Positions 36,730 to 46,514 of a DNA stretch of 64,000 bases are shown here, piece by piece. This DNA is from Candidatus Hermodarchaeota archaeon (lineage in GTDB: Archaea > Asgardarchaeota > Thorarchaeia > Thorarchaeales > Thorarchaeaceae): positions 141,070 to 205,069 of the forward strand of contig JBHLLF010000002.1 in assembly GCA_048885865.1 (NCBI GenBank). Direction: 5' to 3'. The first letter of the stretch is position 1. Every line of letters begins with the position of its first letter. The notes beneath the pieces were generated by a model. It was not told the DNA's origin. It ran no database searches and saw only the letters and a list, made by a program, of their open reading frames with translations. Made by a program: the position numbers and the translations under genes.

Positions 36730-37899
36730 ATGAACTCAATAGTAAATGAACCACGCCGCCGCCGTCATCGTCCAGATATAATAAATGAGATTCGTCGAAT
36801 AGGTAAAAAGAAGCGAAAGGATGAAGATCTCACTTTTGAGATTGGCAGGACACCTCGAGAAACACTCAGTAAGCTGCTCATTGTGTGCGGGAAGGTAGGA
36901 GATGAAAATGCTGATGCATATCAAGCAAAGGCACAAGAAATAGGCGCTGACTTTGTAGTCGAGCCTGGTAGATCATGGGTGTTGACAGACAAGACGGTTA
37001 AAGATTGCTTTGAAGAAGGAAAACATGCAGGAGTACTGCTGATTGGTACAAACAAGGAACTACCTGCGACTCAAATAGAATATCAAGGATCCTATGGGTT
37101 CACTGATTGGTTTATTCAGGACATAGACGGAGATGAAATCCCTGACACTCCGGTTGGCAGAGTATTTGGCCCACAGGAAACAATCCTGTATCATATGGAC
37201 CCACTGATTATTGACAGCAACATTGCTGTAGTGTTTGATTCCCAGCCAGGGCGTTCAACGAGGCATGTAGAGGGATTGAAACAACTTGGCTTTGAAGTTG
37301 ATGTGTTAAGGCGGTTCACAGAGAAAGATAGAAAGCTGCTTTCAGTTAGCGAATTCATACTTCAGTTCTCAGATGGTATGTTTGATTCTAGAATACATGG
37401 CACTCCGGAGAAATGGGCATCACACAATTCAGTGATTCTCGATTATCAACAAGCGTCCTCCATCAACTTTGAAGGATATCCTGTTATTTACTCGGAAGCG
37501 TGCAGCACCGCGATGGAGGGGCCACTCCTTAGAGCATTCCTGGACCAAGGCGCATGCTACATTGGTGCAACATTGGACACGATGAACAATCTGGAACCCT
37601 TTGACGATTGGAGGTTCTGCGCATATGCGGATGGCTGGAAGTTTGGCTTTCTTGACCTTCTAGACACATACAAACTCATAGGTCAGGTCAAGGTCAGCGT
37701 TGACAAAGCAATTTTTGAGAACTTGGATGAAAATGCGAAAAGAGAGATAGCGGCGGTCAGAAATGGGGAAACATTCGAGATAACTTCGGACAATGGATTA
37801 TCTGCGACGGAATGGGTCATGTTTGGGAATCCGCTTCGAAGAACAACCGTCGGTCCAGCTGCAGATTACACACCAGGTCGGCTCATTGTAGACACCTAG
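36730..37899 (+). CDS. C25 (gingipain)-like cysteine peptidase domain protein
   Basis: LLIG...LP, TDWFIQDIDGDEIPDTPVGRV, IHG, SEACST, YIGAT, MFGNP. Confidence 0.62.
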   Translation: MNSIVNEPRRRRHRPDIINEIRRIGKKKRKDEDLTFEIGRTPRETLSKLLIVCGKVGDENADAYQAKAQEIGADFVVEPGRSWVLTDKTVKDCFEEGKHAGVLLIGTNKELPATQIEYQGSYGFTDWFIQDIDGDEIPDTPVGRVFGPQETILYHMDPLIIDSNIAVVFDSQPGRSTRHVEGLKQLGFEVDVLRRFTEKDRKLLSVSEFILQFSDGMFDSRIHGTPEKWASHNSVILDYQQASSINFEGYPVIYSEACSTAMEGPLLRAFLDQGACYIGATLDTMNNLEPFDDWRFCAYADGWKFGFLDLLDTYKLIGQVKVSVDKAIFENLDENAKREIAAVRNGETFEITSDNGLSATEWVMFGNPLRRTTVGPAADYTPGRLIVDT

Positions 37900-37901
37900 A
37901 C

Positions 37902-38300
37902 CTAGCCTTGCACTTGCTTCTGCGTCCTCAATCCAATCATTCCACCAATGAATCCGCCTAGTCCACCAATCACTGATAGAATAATAGCTGCCATGAAAAT
38001 TGAGAGAATGTCTGCTCCTGATGAGGAAAGCGATTCCAGAAAGAGGAGAAGTGGAGTAGTTGAAAGGACTGATGCTAGGAAGCCCCCTATTGCGCCCCAC
38101 CTAGGACTAAGCATGAAATAGCCGCAGACAAGTCCCGAAACAAGAGGAGCTGCAACCCACAAAACTACATAGAGTCCTATATTTAACAGAGCGGCTGCGA
38201 AAACCAACCCCAAAAATCGGATCAATGTATCCTTGGAGATTATCTCAATCGCCTCTTGTGGGCAACATAAGATTTTGATATAACGGTGACGTTTCAACAA
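37902..38300 (-). CDS. Small Gly-rich membrane protein (DUF5518-like)
   Basis: APLVSGLVCGY, GAIGGF, GGLGGFIGG; start uncertain. Confidence 0.6.
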   Translation of the reverse strand: MLKRHRYIKILCCPQEAIEIISKDTLIRFLGLVFAAALLNIGLYVVLWVAAPLVSGLVCGYFMLSPRWGAIGGFLASVLSTTPLLLFLESLSSSGADILSIFMAAIILSVIGGLGGFIGGMIGLRTQKQVQG

Positions 38301-38340
38301 TAGTCTTTCATAGGGGTTCGCAGCGACTTGATGAAGTTGG

Positions 38341-39273
38341 TTGATGCATTTGCTTCTTGAACTTGAAGTGCCCTCAAACTACGACCTCCTTAAGTCCGTT
38401 CATTCTTGGATCTTTCCTGATATTCAACCTGTTCCAGAAGTGACTGGTCTAGACTATTTTGGTCGTGTTTTTAGAATCAAGGGTAGACCAGTCCCTATAA
38501 TTATCAGACAGCATGGGCCCGGGCAAATACTTGAAATCGTATATCCAGAGAAGTCCGCGACCATCAAGGATGTCCAGCAGCTCTCAAGGAGAATCCTCGG
38601 ACTAGACAAGAGGATGGACTCAGCCCTTTCATTAATGAGAAGTGATTTAAAACTGAAACGATTTGTGGCAAATGTAGCAGGCATATTTCCGTATATTGCA
38701 GAGTCATTTTATGAGGCACTAGTGAAGACCATCATTCAGCAACAGATTTCCTATCGCTCAGCAAATGTCGTGACAAAGAGGATGATTCTTGGCCTATCAA
38801 AGAAACATGTCTTCGAAGGTATTGTACTTTACCCTTTTCCCACTCCTGAAGATATCGTGGAATGCGGCGTAGATGGACTTGGAAGGTTTGGAATAGGATA
38901 TAGGACGGAATATGTGCATAGAATCTCTTCACTTGTTGCCTACGGCGATCTAGACCTAGAACCGCTGTCGACGATGACATTCAAAGAGATAATGGAGATT
39001 CTAGGTCCTATCCGTGGTGTTGGTGAATGGACGGTTCAAGCCGCCATGATTGCAGGTTTGGGCGATCTTTCTATTTTCCCATATGACGACCTCGTCATTC
39101 AGAATATTCTGGGCGAGCTTTACAATAATGGAGTTAGAATGACAAAAACACAGGTGATCGAGAAATCAGCAGAATGGGGGCATGAGGGGCCTTCAGTCCT
39201 TTATCTTTTGATGTCAGCCTATGTCCTTGGACTCGTGCCGCCCCAAGGCAAGCCGAAAACGCATAAAAGGTGA
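38341..39273 (+). CDS. alkA: AlkA-like HhH-GPD DNA glycosylase
   Basis: YEALVKTIIQQQIS, FPTPE, IRGVGEWT, FPYDDL. Confidence 0.85.
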   Translation: MMHLLLELEVPSNYDLLKSVHSWIFPDIQPVPEVTGLDYFGRVFRIKGRPVPIIIRQHGPGQILEIVYPEKSATIKDVQQLSRRILGLDKRMDSALSLMRSDLKLKRFVANVAGIFPYIAESFYEALVKTIIQQQISYRSANVVTKRMILGLSKKHVFEGIVLYPFPTPEDIVECGVDGLGRFGIGYRTEYVHRISSLVAYGDLDLEPLSTMTFKEIMEILGPIRGVGEWTVQAAMIAGLGDLSIFPYDDLVIQNILGELYNNGVRMTKTQVIEKSAEWGHEGPSVLYLLMSAYVLGLVPPQGKPKTHKR

Positions 39274-39300
39274 CTGTCTTTTGATGAACCATAGCCTCGG

Positions 39301-40470
39301 GTGAGTTGCGTGACCGAGAAGGGAAAGAAGAAGAACACAAAACTTTGGCGCATATATTCTATGTTCAGAAAGGAGCTAAGACTAATCATCAATGACAAAT
39401 TCGCACTTCTTCTTATCTTCGCTTTGCCAGGGATGATTATGCTAACAATGTACGGAGCGATAAATACCGGTCAAGTAGGCTTTACATCAACTGAATATGG
39501 CCAGAAAAGCGAGGATGCAATGGTTCTTGGTGTAGTAGACTCGGATCCAACTGACACCTTCCCGGGCGAGGACCTTTCCCAGAATTTCACATGGTATCTT
39601 CAACGTAGCCCGGACTTCATTGTGGAGATATTTCCAGATGAAGAAGCAGCACTGACTGAGTTGTACTATGATCGTGTCGATGCATACGCAGTAATTCCCT
39701 ATGGATTTGAGGGTAACATAACCGGTGATATTCCTGCATTCGTTTCAATTCATATCTCAAGCACGAATATCATGAGTCAGGCAGCCGTGTTTGGTGCATT
39801 CAGTAGTGTGGTAGCTGATTTCAGATTCGACCACGGTTGGATTAAACATGAAGTAGATGTGGAAACAGTACGGGAATTTGAGCCAACAGGAAATTACACT
39901 GCAGCCACATTTGGTGCTTTCATGGTTGTCTTTGCAGTCTTCATCGCCACCTCCGCAACGGCTGCACAGGCGATCGTAGGAGATGTCCCTCTGAATCGAA
40001 TGCTACTGACTCCCGCCACCAAGATGGAGGCCGTGCTTGCTAAGACTCTAGCATATTTCGCGGTGGGCCTAATCCAGATTCAATTTCTGCTAATAATGTG
40101 GATGGGCATGTTTGGCATTATTCCAAATACCGATTATATCACTCTTAATGCAGTCCTGTGGCTATTAGCCCTATCCGGCTCGGCTCTGGGAGTAGTTATT
40201 TCAACTGTCGTAACGACGCGTCTGCAAGCAAACCAGTCCTTCCTTTTCCTCCTATTTGCATCAATGATTGTCGGGACTGGATTCCTTGATGTTGGAATAA
40301 TCGATGAATGGTTCCCACTAAACCTAGGTAGAGTCATGATGATTGATACTGCTTTCAAGGGAGTAGACTTGTTTACATTCACCAACGAAATAATTAGGAT
40401 ATTGATTTTCTCTGCGGCTCTAATCCTCGTAGCCTGGGGAATCTTTGCGAGGCGAACAAGTCTCGCATAG
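39301..40470 (+). CDS. ABC-2 type permease
   Basis: KELRLIIND, external domain with IPYGF, RMLLTP...VLAK, six TM segments. Confidence 0.85.
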   Translation: MSCVTEKGKKKNTKLWRIYSMFRKELRLIINDKFALLLIFALPGMIMLTMYGAINTGQVGFTSTEYGQKSEDAMVLGVVDSDPTDTFPGEDLSQNFTWYLQRSPDFIVEIFPDEEAALTELYYDRVDAYAVIPYGFEGNITGDIPAFVSIHISSTNIMSQAAVFGAFSSVVADFRFDHGWIKHEVDVETVREFEPTGNYTAATFGAFMVVFAVFIATSATAAQAIVGDVPLNRMLLTPATKMEAVLAKTLAYFAVGLIQIQFLLIMWMGMFGIIPNTDYITLNAVLWLLALSGSALGVVISTVVTTRLQANQSFLFLLFASMIVGTGFLDVGIIDEWFPLNLGRVMMIDTAFKGVDLFTFTNEIIRILIFSAALILVAWGIFARRTSLA

Positions 40471-41379
40471 CTAGAATCCCAGGAATACAAAGACAACTAC
40501 GGCAGCATTGTTGAATCCATGAGCCATTGTAGGAGCCATTATTGAGTAATTACGCTTCTGAGCGAGATAACCCAATATGAGTCCCAGCACGAATCTATTT
40601 GGCATTCCGAAAATATCCAGGTGAATCGCAGCGAAGATGAAACTTGTGATAATCAAGGCGTAAAGACCAGGATTTGTCCTCCGCTGAATGAAATACATCT
40701 CCATTCTTCTCTGCAAGAATCCTCTGAAAAGAAGCTCCTCGCTGAAACCAACGGCAGCAAACATTAGGATTACCCAAAGGATGACATCTAATACACCATT
40801 TACCTCAAAGAAGCTAATACCTGCGTCTGGCAGATCAAATGCGATGCTAATCAGCAAAGACACAAGAAGATTGGCTACAAGCATTACGCCTCCTATGGCA
40901 AGTCCCAGAATGGCTTCTTTCAAAGAAGTCATGTCCTTAACCCCAATAGAGCTGAGCTTGTACCCATTCCTTCTCACATACCAGATTGGTGGAACAATGA
41001 ATCCGATTTCAGCGATGGTTATGACAAGCACTGCTATAGGATCGAGGTAAATATTGCCAGTGACGAGGTCGACGATAATGAGACCCGATGCCATAAGCGG
41101 TACCATTAGGATGACTGTGAGCCCCACAGTAATGCCAAACGCAGCTCCTGTCAGAAGAAGAATGTGGAATAATCTGTTCCAATCAACCTCACGTTCAATT
41201 ACCGAACCTGGCTCGAAGATGTCAATTCCTGCAAATTCCTGCATTTCAAAAGCGTCTGGGTCACTGATTGCCAAGTGGTGTGCACCAACTGAGTCAGCAT
41301 CCGACCTGAGATAAGGATTTGCTTGTGCGACATTCTTATTGCTGAGTCCAATAGGTTTTATCAGGTGGGTTCGCAGCAA
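40471..41379 (-). CDS. CPBP (Abi/CAAX type II) intramembrane glutamic endopeptidase
   Basis: EELLFRG, FAAIH, HGFNN; multiple TM segments; start uncertain. Confidence 0.9.
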   Translation of the reverse strand: MLRTHLIKPIGLSNKNVAQANPYLRSDADSVGAHHLAISDPDAFEMQEFAGIDIFEPGSVIEREVDWNRLFHILLLTGAAFGITVGLTVILMVPLMASGLIIVDLVTGNIYLDPIAVLVITIAEIGFIVPPIWYVRRNGYKLSSIGVKDMTSLKEAILGLAIGGVMLVANLLVSLLISIAFDLPDAGISFFEVNGVLDVILWVILMFAAVGFSEELLFRGFLQRRMEMYFIQRRTNPGLYALIITSFIFAAIHLDIFGMPNRFVLGLILGYLAQKRNYSIMAPTMAHGFNNAAVVVFVFLGF

Positions 41380-41423
41380 GTGGTCAAATCAAAATCTCCA
41401 TGCCTTATGATTGGTGGTGACTT

Positions 41424-43424
41424 GTGGAGCATGTCAGCGAGCCTCGCTTTCGAAGAGGCACAGCACTTCTCGTCATCTCAGTCATCTTTGTTGCTGCTTT
41501 TGCTATTATCGTGATAATCCCTCGCAGTTCAGACCAACCTAGCTTGAATGTGAGAGTCTGCATTATTGATTCGGGAATCAACAAGGACAGCTATTTGCGT
41601 CCTAGAGTAATTCTAGAAAGTAGCTTTATCAACACGTCCTATGGGTATTCAATCAATTTGAATTCAACCACAGATAGTCTCCCACTATATACTCCTCATG
41701 GAACTTACGTCGCACAGATAATCGCCCGTGATGCGCCGGATGCAGCTATCGTGAATGCGAAGGTCGTCACTTCAAATAACACGGCGACTGTGGAATCTAT
41801 TGTTGCTGCAATCCAATGGGCTGTCGAAGATGCAGAATGTGATGTAATCAACCTGAGTATCGGCACATATCCCTACATTCAGGGAACGCTCCGTGATGCA
41901 GTGAGATGGGCTTTCTACAGGGGGGTGACTATTGTAGCCGCAGCTGGAAACGATGGCCAGGGCGGAATCGCTGGAACTTCTGTCGATTCCCCCGCCGTCT
42001 ATCCTGAAGTCATTGCTGTCGCAGCTGTGAATGAGGGCGGAATACCCTATGACTTCTCCGCCCGAGGACCACTAAGAAACAGAACCATCAAGCCAGACAT
42101 CGTCGCGAACGGATTTTATTCCACAAATGGGGCTGCTGGAGTGTTTGGTACAAGCTTTGCGGCTCCTGTGGTGGCTTCCGCGGCAGCAAACATAATCAAT
42201 TTCTGTGAGGAGAACGAGTGGTCTTGGACCCCAGGAATGATAAAGGCTGTTTTGATGTCAACTGCTACATACCTATCATCTGAGGCTTGGGAAGTTGGCG
42301 CCGGACTATTGAACAGCGAGCGAGCAATTGGGCTTGTCAATAACGTAGCCAAGAGAAACAGACTCCCAATGGTCGCATATCTGATGCCTGCTGCGGGCCC
42401 ATTCGCGTTTGAGAGATGGTTTGTAAACTCATCAATCATAATAACGGGTTCTGTGTTCTGCAGCCGCAATACCTTGTTCACAATTATTTATAGTGGCACT
42501 GCAGCTGATTGGGTTCACGGGCCAGCAACAATTCGAATCAATCAAACTGGCTCTTTTGAGTTCTCTATCGAAATCACTAGTAATGAAACTCTGGAAGGTC
42601 AGATGCTATCTGCAACCCTTTCTTCATCAGCCTATAGCAATCTACGTACACGAATGACCTTTGATGCCGCACTTCCATTTGCGAGGATTGCATTTGATAT
42701 CAGCCATTCTCCTTGGCTGACGGATTCAATTTACGGTCAATTTCGAGAGATGTACTCACTACTGACATCTTCTGGAATCGCAGTTGAGGAGATCAGATTC
42801 GAGTCCGATATAACTCCTGAGAATCTTGGTCGTTATGAAGCAATCTTCATCCTAGATCCCTGTGCCTGGGGATATAGGTACGAACAAGGAAACGTATGGT
42901 CAAGGCAATCATTCACCTATTCTCAGTCTGAGAAGGATGCATATCTTGGGTACTGGAATTCAGGAGGGAGTATTCTTGTTATTGGGATGGGAAACAGAAG
43001 TCTTGATTTGGAATCGGCAAATGGACTCCTCTCACTCTTTGGGTTCCGACTCAACTATGACAGCATTCCTAGAATTACAATTGAGGTGGGCGGCATATCT
43101 TCCACACTCCTTATCACAGATCTCATGAATCATACAACTACTGAGGATATAGAATCATTCGATTTTGTTGGATGCTCGATTAACTATACTGGCAATGCAT
43201 ATCCTTTGGCGCAAGCCGAACTGTCATTTCCGGATGAATACGGCATAATTCATAGTGAGAATTATACCGTGATGGCTGCATTGGAAGGGGTGCTAGGCGG
43301 ACGAATGATTGTGTCGGGAACGAATTTCATGTTCGACAATTGGGGAATAGAAGGATACTATCAATCAGAAGATAATGATCGATTTACACTTCAGATAGCA
43401 TATTGGTTGATTGGAGTGATCTAG
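41424..43424 (+). CDS. Membrane-anchored S8 subtilase with C-terminal GIFT/DUF4350-like domain
   Basis: N-terminal TM; catalytic triad IDSG / HGTYVA / GTSFAAP; AAGND; IKPDIVA; C-terminal IAFDISH...GGSILV...GRMIVSG; many N-x-S/T sequons. Confidence 0.9.
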   Translation: MEHVSEPRFRRGTALLVISVIFVAAFAIIVIIPRSSDQPSLNVRVCIIDSGINKDSYLRPRVILESSFINTSYGYSINLNSTTDSLPLYTPHGTYVAQIIARDAPDAAIVNAKVVTSNNTATVESIVAAIQWAVEDAECDVINLSIGTYPYIQGTLRDAVRWAFYRGVTIVAAAGNDGQGGIAGTSVDSPAVYPEVIAVAAVNEGGIPYDFSARGPLRNRTIKPDIVANGFYSTNGAAGVFGTSFAAPVVASAAANIINFCEENEWSWTPGMIKAVLMSTATYLSSEAWEVGAGLLNSERAIGLVNNVAKRNRLPMVAYLMPAAGPFAFERWFVNSSIIITGSVFCSRNTLFTIIYSGTAADWVHGPATIRINQTGSFEFSIEITSNETLEGQMLSATLSSSAYSNLRTRMTFDAALPFARIAFDISHSPWLTDSIYGQFREMYSLLTSSGIAVEEIRFESDITPENLGRYEAIFILDPCAWGYRYEQGNVWSRQSFTYSQSEKDAYLGYWNSGGSILVIGMGNRSLDLESANGLLSLFGFRLNYDSIPRITIEVGGISSTLLITDLMNHTTTEDIESFDFVGCSINYTGNAYPLAQAELSFPDEYGIIHSENYTVMAALEGVLGGRMIVSGTNFMFDNWGIEGYYQSEDNDRFTLQIAYWLIGVI

Positions 43425-43426
43425 AA

Positions 43427-43810
43427 TTAGAGCAGCGGAGCGATGCTGTCACAGGCCGTCTTTGCTGCGTAGACAAGCAAGCCAGTTTTCATGCTTTTTG
43501 CTGCAGCCAAGACAAGAATCGCTTTCTCTCCGGCGCTTTTCATAATCATGAGGCCTTTCTGATTTGTGAGGAGAACCTCTTCAAGCATTCCTTGCTCCAT
43601 TCGTTCTGCTGCAAGGTCCGCAACTCCCAAGATTGAAGCTGCCATCGCTGCGATTTCAGCCTCTTCAAGTCCCTGTGGGACGGCAGATGCAATAGGTAGG
43701 CCTTCTTTTGAAAGTAACATCCATGCCTTTACTCCGGTGGCAAGTGAGGTCGCCTCTTCCATGATTTGCCGAAGCTTCCCCTGTAGCTCTTCGAATGCTG
43801 GGTCAAACAT
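43427..43810 (-). CDS. Roadblock/LC7 domain protein
   Basis: LLSKEGLPIAS, IAAMAASIL, LEEVLL...GLMIM..AGEKAILVL; ATG 43810. Confidence 0.9.
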   Translation of the reverse strand: MFDPAFEELQGKLRQIMEEATSLATGVKAWMLLSKEGLPIASAVPQGLEEAEIAAMAASILGVADLAAERMEQGMLEEVLLTNQKGLMIMKSAGEKAILVLAAAKSMKTGLLVYAAKTACDSIAPLL

Positions 43811-43965
43811 GAAGGCCTCACTCCACACGTAAGGTACTAGCGGGACTGAGAATGGAAAGCGTATTAATAAAGTTTGATAACATATCTTGGTCGTACAAAT
43901 CAATGCGGCGTTTATCTGATGATTGGAGAGCGAGAATCAGTCAAAGACATGTTTTCTCCGTTTGC

Positions 43966-44592
43966 ATGGTGAGTGATATGTTTGATATACACGAAATAGA
44001 CTCGGATATCGAACAGAAGTTTCACAGCGAATGGAAAAAAGGTGTTCGCGTGTTAGGTGTTTCAGAGAGCTTTAAGCGCGGTGATGAAAGGAGCATAGCA
44101 GTGGGCGTTGTGATGAGGGGCGATATGCGGATAGATGGAATGGGATTCTGTGAGCCCAAGGTGGGAGGTACAGATGCGACAGAGAAGCTAGTTGGCATGT
44201 ACTCACGATTGGCAAGAGAAGACATCAGGGTGTGGTTGCTAGGTGGCTGCATTATATCATGGTTTAATGTCGTCGATTCTGTGAGGTTACATGAAGGCAC
44301 AGGAGTACCCGTCGTATGCCTCTCTTACAATCCGTCAGAGGGCATAGAGAGGTACTTCCGTGAATACTTCCCGGATGATTGGCAGAGTAGAATCGATATG
44401 ATGGATAGAGGCGGTCAGAGGCAAGAGGTTTCTTTGAAAACTGGCCACTCTGTATTTCTAACCACATCTGGAATCACACTTGATAAGGCACGAAAGCTTG
44501 TGGATCAATTCACCTTGGATGGTCGGGTTCCAGAGCCTATTCGTATTGCAAGAATCATCGCAGCGGCTCGAAGACGTGATGGACCACCGTAG
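43966..44592 (+). CDS. DUF99 family (endonuclease V-like fold, 'endonuclease dU')
   Basis: RVLGVSESF, GVVMRGD, VGGTDAT, WFNVVD, RVPEPIRIA. Start is 43966 or 43978. Confidence 0.85.
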   Translation: MVSDMFDIHEIDSDIEQKFHSEWKKGVRVLGVSESFKRGDERSIAVGVVMRGDMRIDGMGFCEPKVGGTDATEKLVGMYSRLAREDIRVWLLGGCIISWFNVVDSVRLHEGTGVPVVCLSYNPSEGIERYFREYFPDDWQSRIDMMDRGGQRQEVSLKTGHSVFLTTSGITLDKARKLVDQFTLDGRVPEPIRIARIIAAARRRDGPP

Positions 44593-44593
44593 G

Positions 44594-45214
44594 TCAGGTT
44601 TCATTCGCGAGATGTTTCTCGTGTTCCCTGCATAGTGAGTTGTAGATATCGACAGCTAATGCAACATCCAATCTCTCCAGCCGCAGTCGACTCGATTCGA
44701 AGAAGCCTGTAAGACTGCTTGGCGCCACGCCTGACCTCTCAAGCGCCACAGCATGGATAAGCATGTCCAGAATATCACTCGAAATAACAACTCGTGCTTC
44801 TAGAGAGGTTTGCTTCTGAATCTCATCCCAAAAGGTGAGTAGTGATGATCCTGCCTTACCTAACAGATCGAGGATTCTTGACATCGCTTCGGTTTCGGCT
44901 TTTGCTTTAATTCTCATCTGTATTTGGCTATCAGGAGCATCTCGATCAATGACCACATCCGATGTTTCAGATTCAGCAAGGTCATGCAGAATTGCCATGG
45001 TCAGGATTTTGCCAACATCTATCTTGACCCCATTTTGCTCACACTGCTTTGCGAGGAGAAGTGAGATTAGCGCTGTGCCAAATGAATGTTCAGCCACAGA
45101 CTCGACCTGACTTCCGTCAAGACCCGCGAGAATCCACCCAGTTCTATTCAGATTCTTGAGCACCTCGCCTTTCATTGCTAGCTCAATAATCTCTTCTGTA
45201 TTCATATTCATCAC
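44594..45214 (-). CDS. HD-domain hydrolase (YfbR/HDDC2-like nucleotidase)
   Basis: LKNLNRTGW, ESVAEHS, LHDLAES..SD, DILDM. Confidence 0.9.
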   Translation of the reverse strand: MMNMNTEEIIELAMKGEVLKNLNRTGWILAGLDGSQVESVAEHSFGTALISLLLAKQCEQNGVKIDVGKILTMAILHDLAESETSDVVIDRDAPDSQIQMRIKAKAETEAMSRILDLLGKAGSSLLTFWDEIQKQTSLEARVVISSDILDMLIHAVALERSGVAPSSLTGFFESSRLRLERLDVALAVDIYNSLCREHEKHLANET

Positions 45215-45264
45215 CTATAGGATAAGGAAATGGGGGCATGCACCCCCTCAACTCACCTTGTTTC

Positions 45265-46353
45265 TTAGGAGTCATCTACCGTAATTGTGCCGTTGATTAT
45301 TTGCCCAGCGTACTCCCAAGCGGCATTAATGTAAGTATCATCGACAATTGTAGTACTGAACTCAAAGTCCGTAATGTTGACACCTTGGTTGGCCAAATTG
45401 AAGTTCTCTGAGATTCCTCCAGGGAACATGTTCCAGAGTGTTGCATTCACGATATTGACTGCAGCTATATCATATCTTGGGACCACACTCGTCACAATCC
45501 AGCTGGGTCCTGATCTCACCAATGGATCCCGATTTCCATAGTAGTCAAGATTCATCTCAGCCCCTATTACCAAAGGCTTCCTATTGGTCAATGCCAAGTC
45601 ATAGAATGTGTCATTAGCGGCCTGCATTCCAGCCCTGACACCCTCAATACTCGCTCTAACAGGTGCGAATATGATTGAACAGAAATCGGTGGTGAAGAGG
45701 GTGTTGGTCATGGTTTCCGCAGTTGCACTGTCATTGTAACTACCTACATATCGAGGTGTGAGGACTTCCACATTCAGCCCATAGGCTAGTGTTGCGGTAT
45801 CCACTCCATGTTCAAAACCCGCAATCATGCGAAGGACATCGTAGTCGGTGGCTACTGAACCAAGTATTCCGATAGTGCCGTTGTAAGGGTCTTCATCTGC
45901 AACCAATGCTGCAATGATTCCTGCAAGAAAGGCAGCTTCATGGATATCAAATGTTGCAGATGCTACATTGTCAAGATTGACCAGACCCCCAATAATGGCG
46001 AATTTTTGCGTGGGGTGCTCATTTGCAACATTCTGGAGTTCATCCTGAAGTTCTTGGCCCACGACAATAATCAGAAGATAGTTGCCAGAGGCTGCAAGGC
46101 TCTCCATGAGTGTTTCTGCTTCGGCTTCTGTGGCAGGAGGATCAGGACGATAATACCGCACCAATATATTCTCAGTTAATCCCTCATCCACTTGATCAGC
46201 TCTGCCCATATCTCCAAAACCTGGGTTCATTACAACAACTGCAATGGAAGCTGGCTCATACTGAGCTGTCAGAAACAAAATGCCGCCCACCGATCCAAAG
46301 ACAATGACTGCTATCAATATTGATGCTAGCGTACCTGACCTCGAGCTGCTCAA
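45265..46353 (-). CDS. BMP/PnrA family substrate-binding protein, N-terminally anchored
   Basis: GFGDMG, HPTQKFAII, NVASATF...EAAFLAG, IVTSVV. TTG 46353 follows a ggagg SD motif. Confidence 0.85.
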   Translation of the reverse strand: MSSSRSGTLASILIAVIVFGSVGGILFLTAQYEPASIAVVVMNPGFGDMGRADQVDEGLTENILVRYYRPDPPATEAEAETLMESLAASGNYLLIIVVGQELQDELQNVANEHPTQKFAIIGGLVNLDNVASATFDIHEAAFLAGIIAALVADEDPYNGTIGILGSVATDYDVLRMIAGFEHGVDTATLAYGLNVEVLTPRYVGSYNDSATAETMTNTLFTTDFCSIIFAPVRASIEGVRAGMQAANDTFYDLALTNRKPLVIGAEMNLDYYGNRDPLVRSGPSWIVTSVVPRYDIAAVNIVNATLWNMFPGGISENFNLANQGVNITDFEFSTTIVDDTYINAAWEYAGQIINGTITVDDS

Positions 46354-46514
46354 GATGGTTCCTCCATCGTCGCTGTTCTCCAAGGTGGCTGTTCTTAAAC
46401 CTATTGGCATGAGTAGAGTCACACGTGCTTGAGTATAATAGATGGATGACAGAATCTTGGAGAGCATGAGTTATAAATATCTGAAGTCCTAACCAGTGAG
46501 TAGAGATTCGTGAG

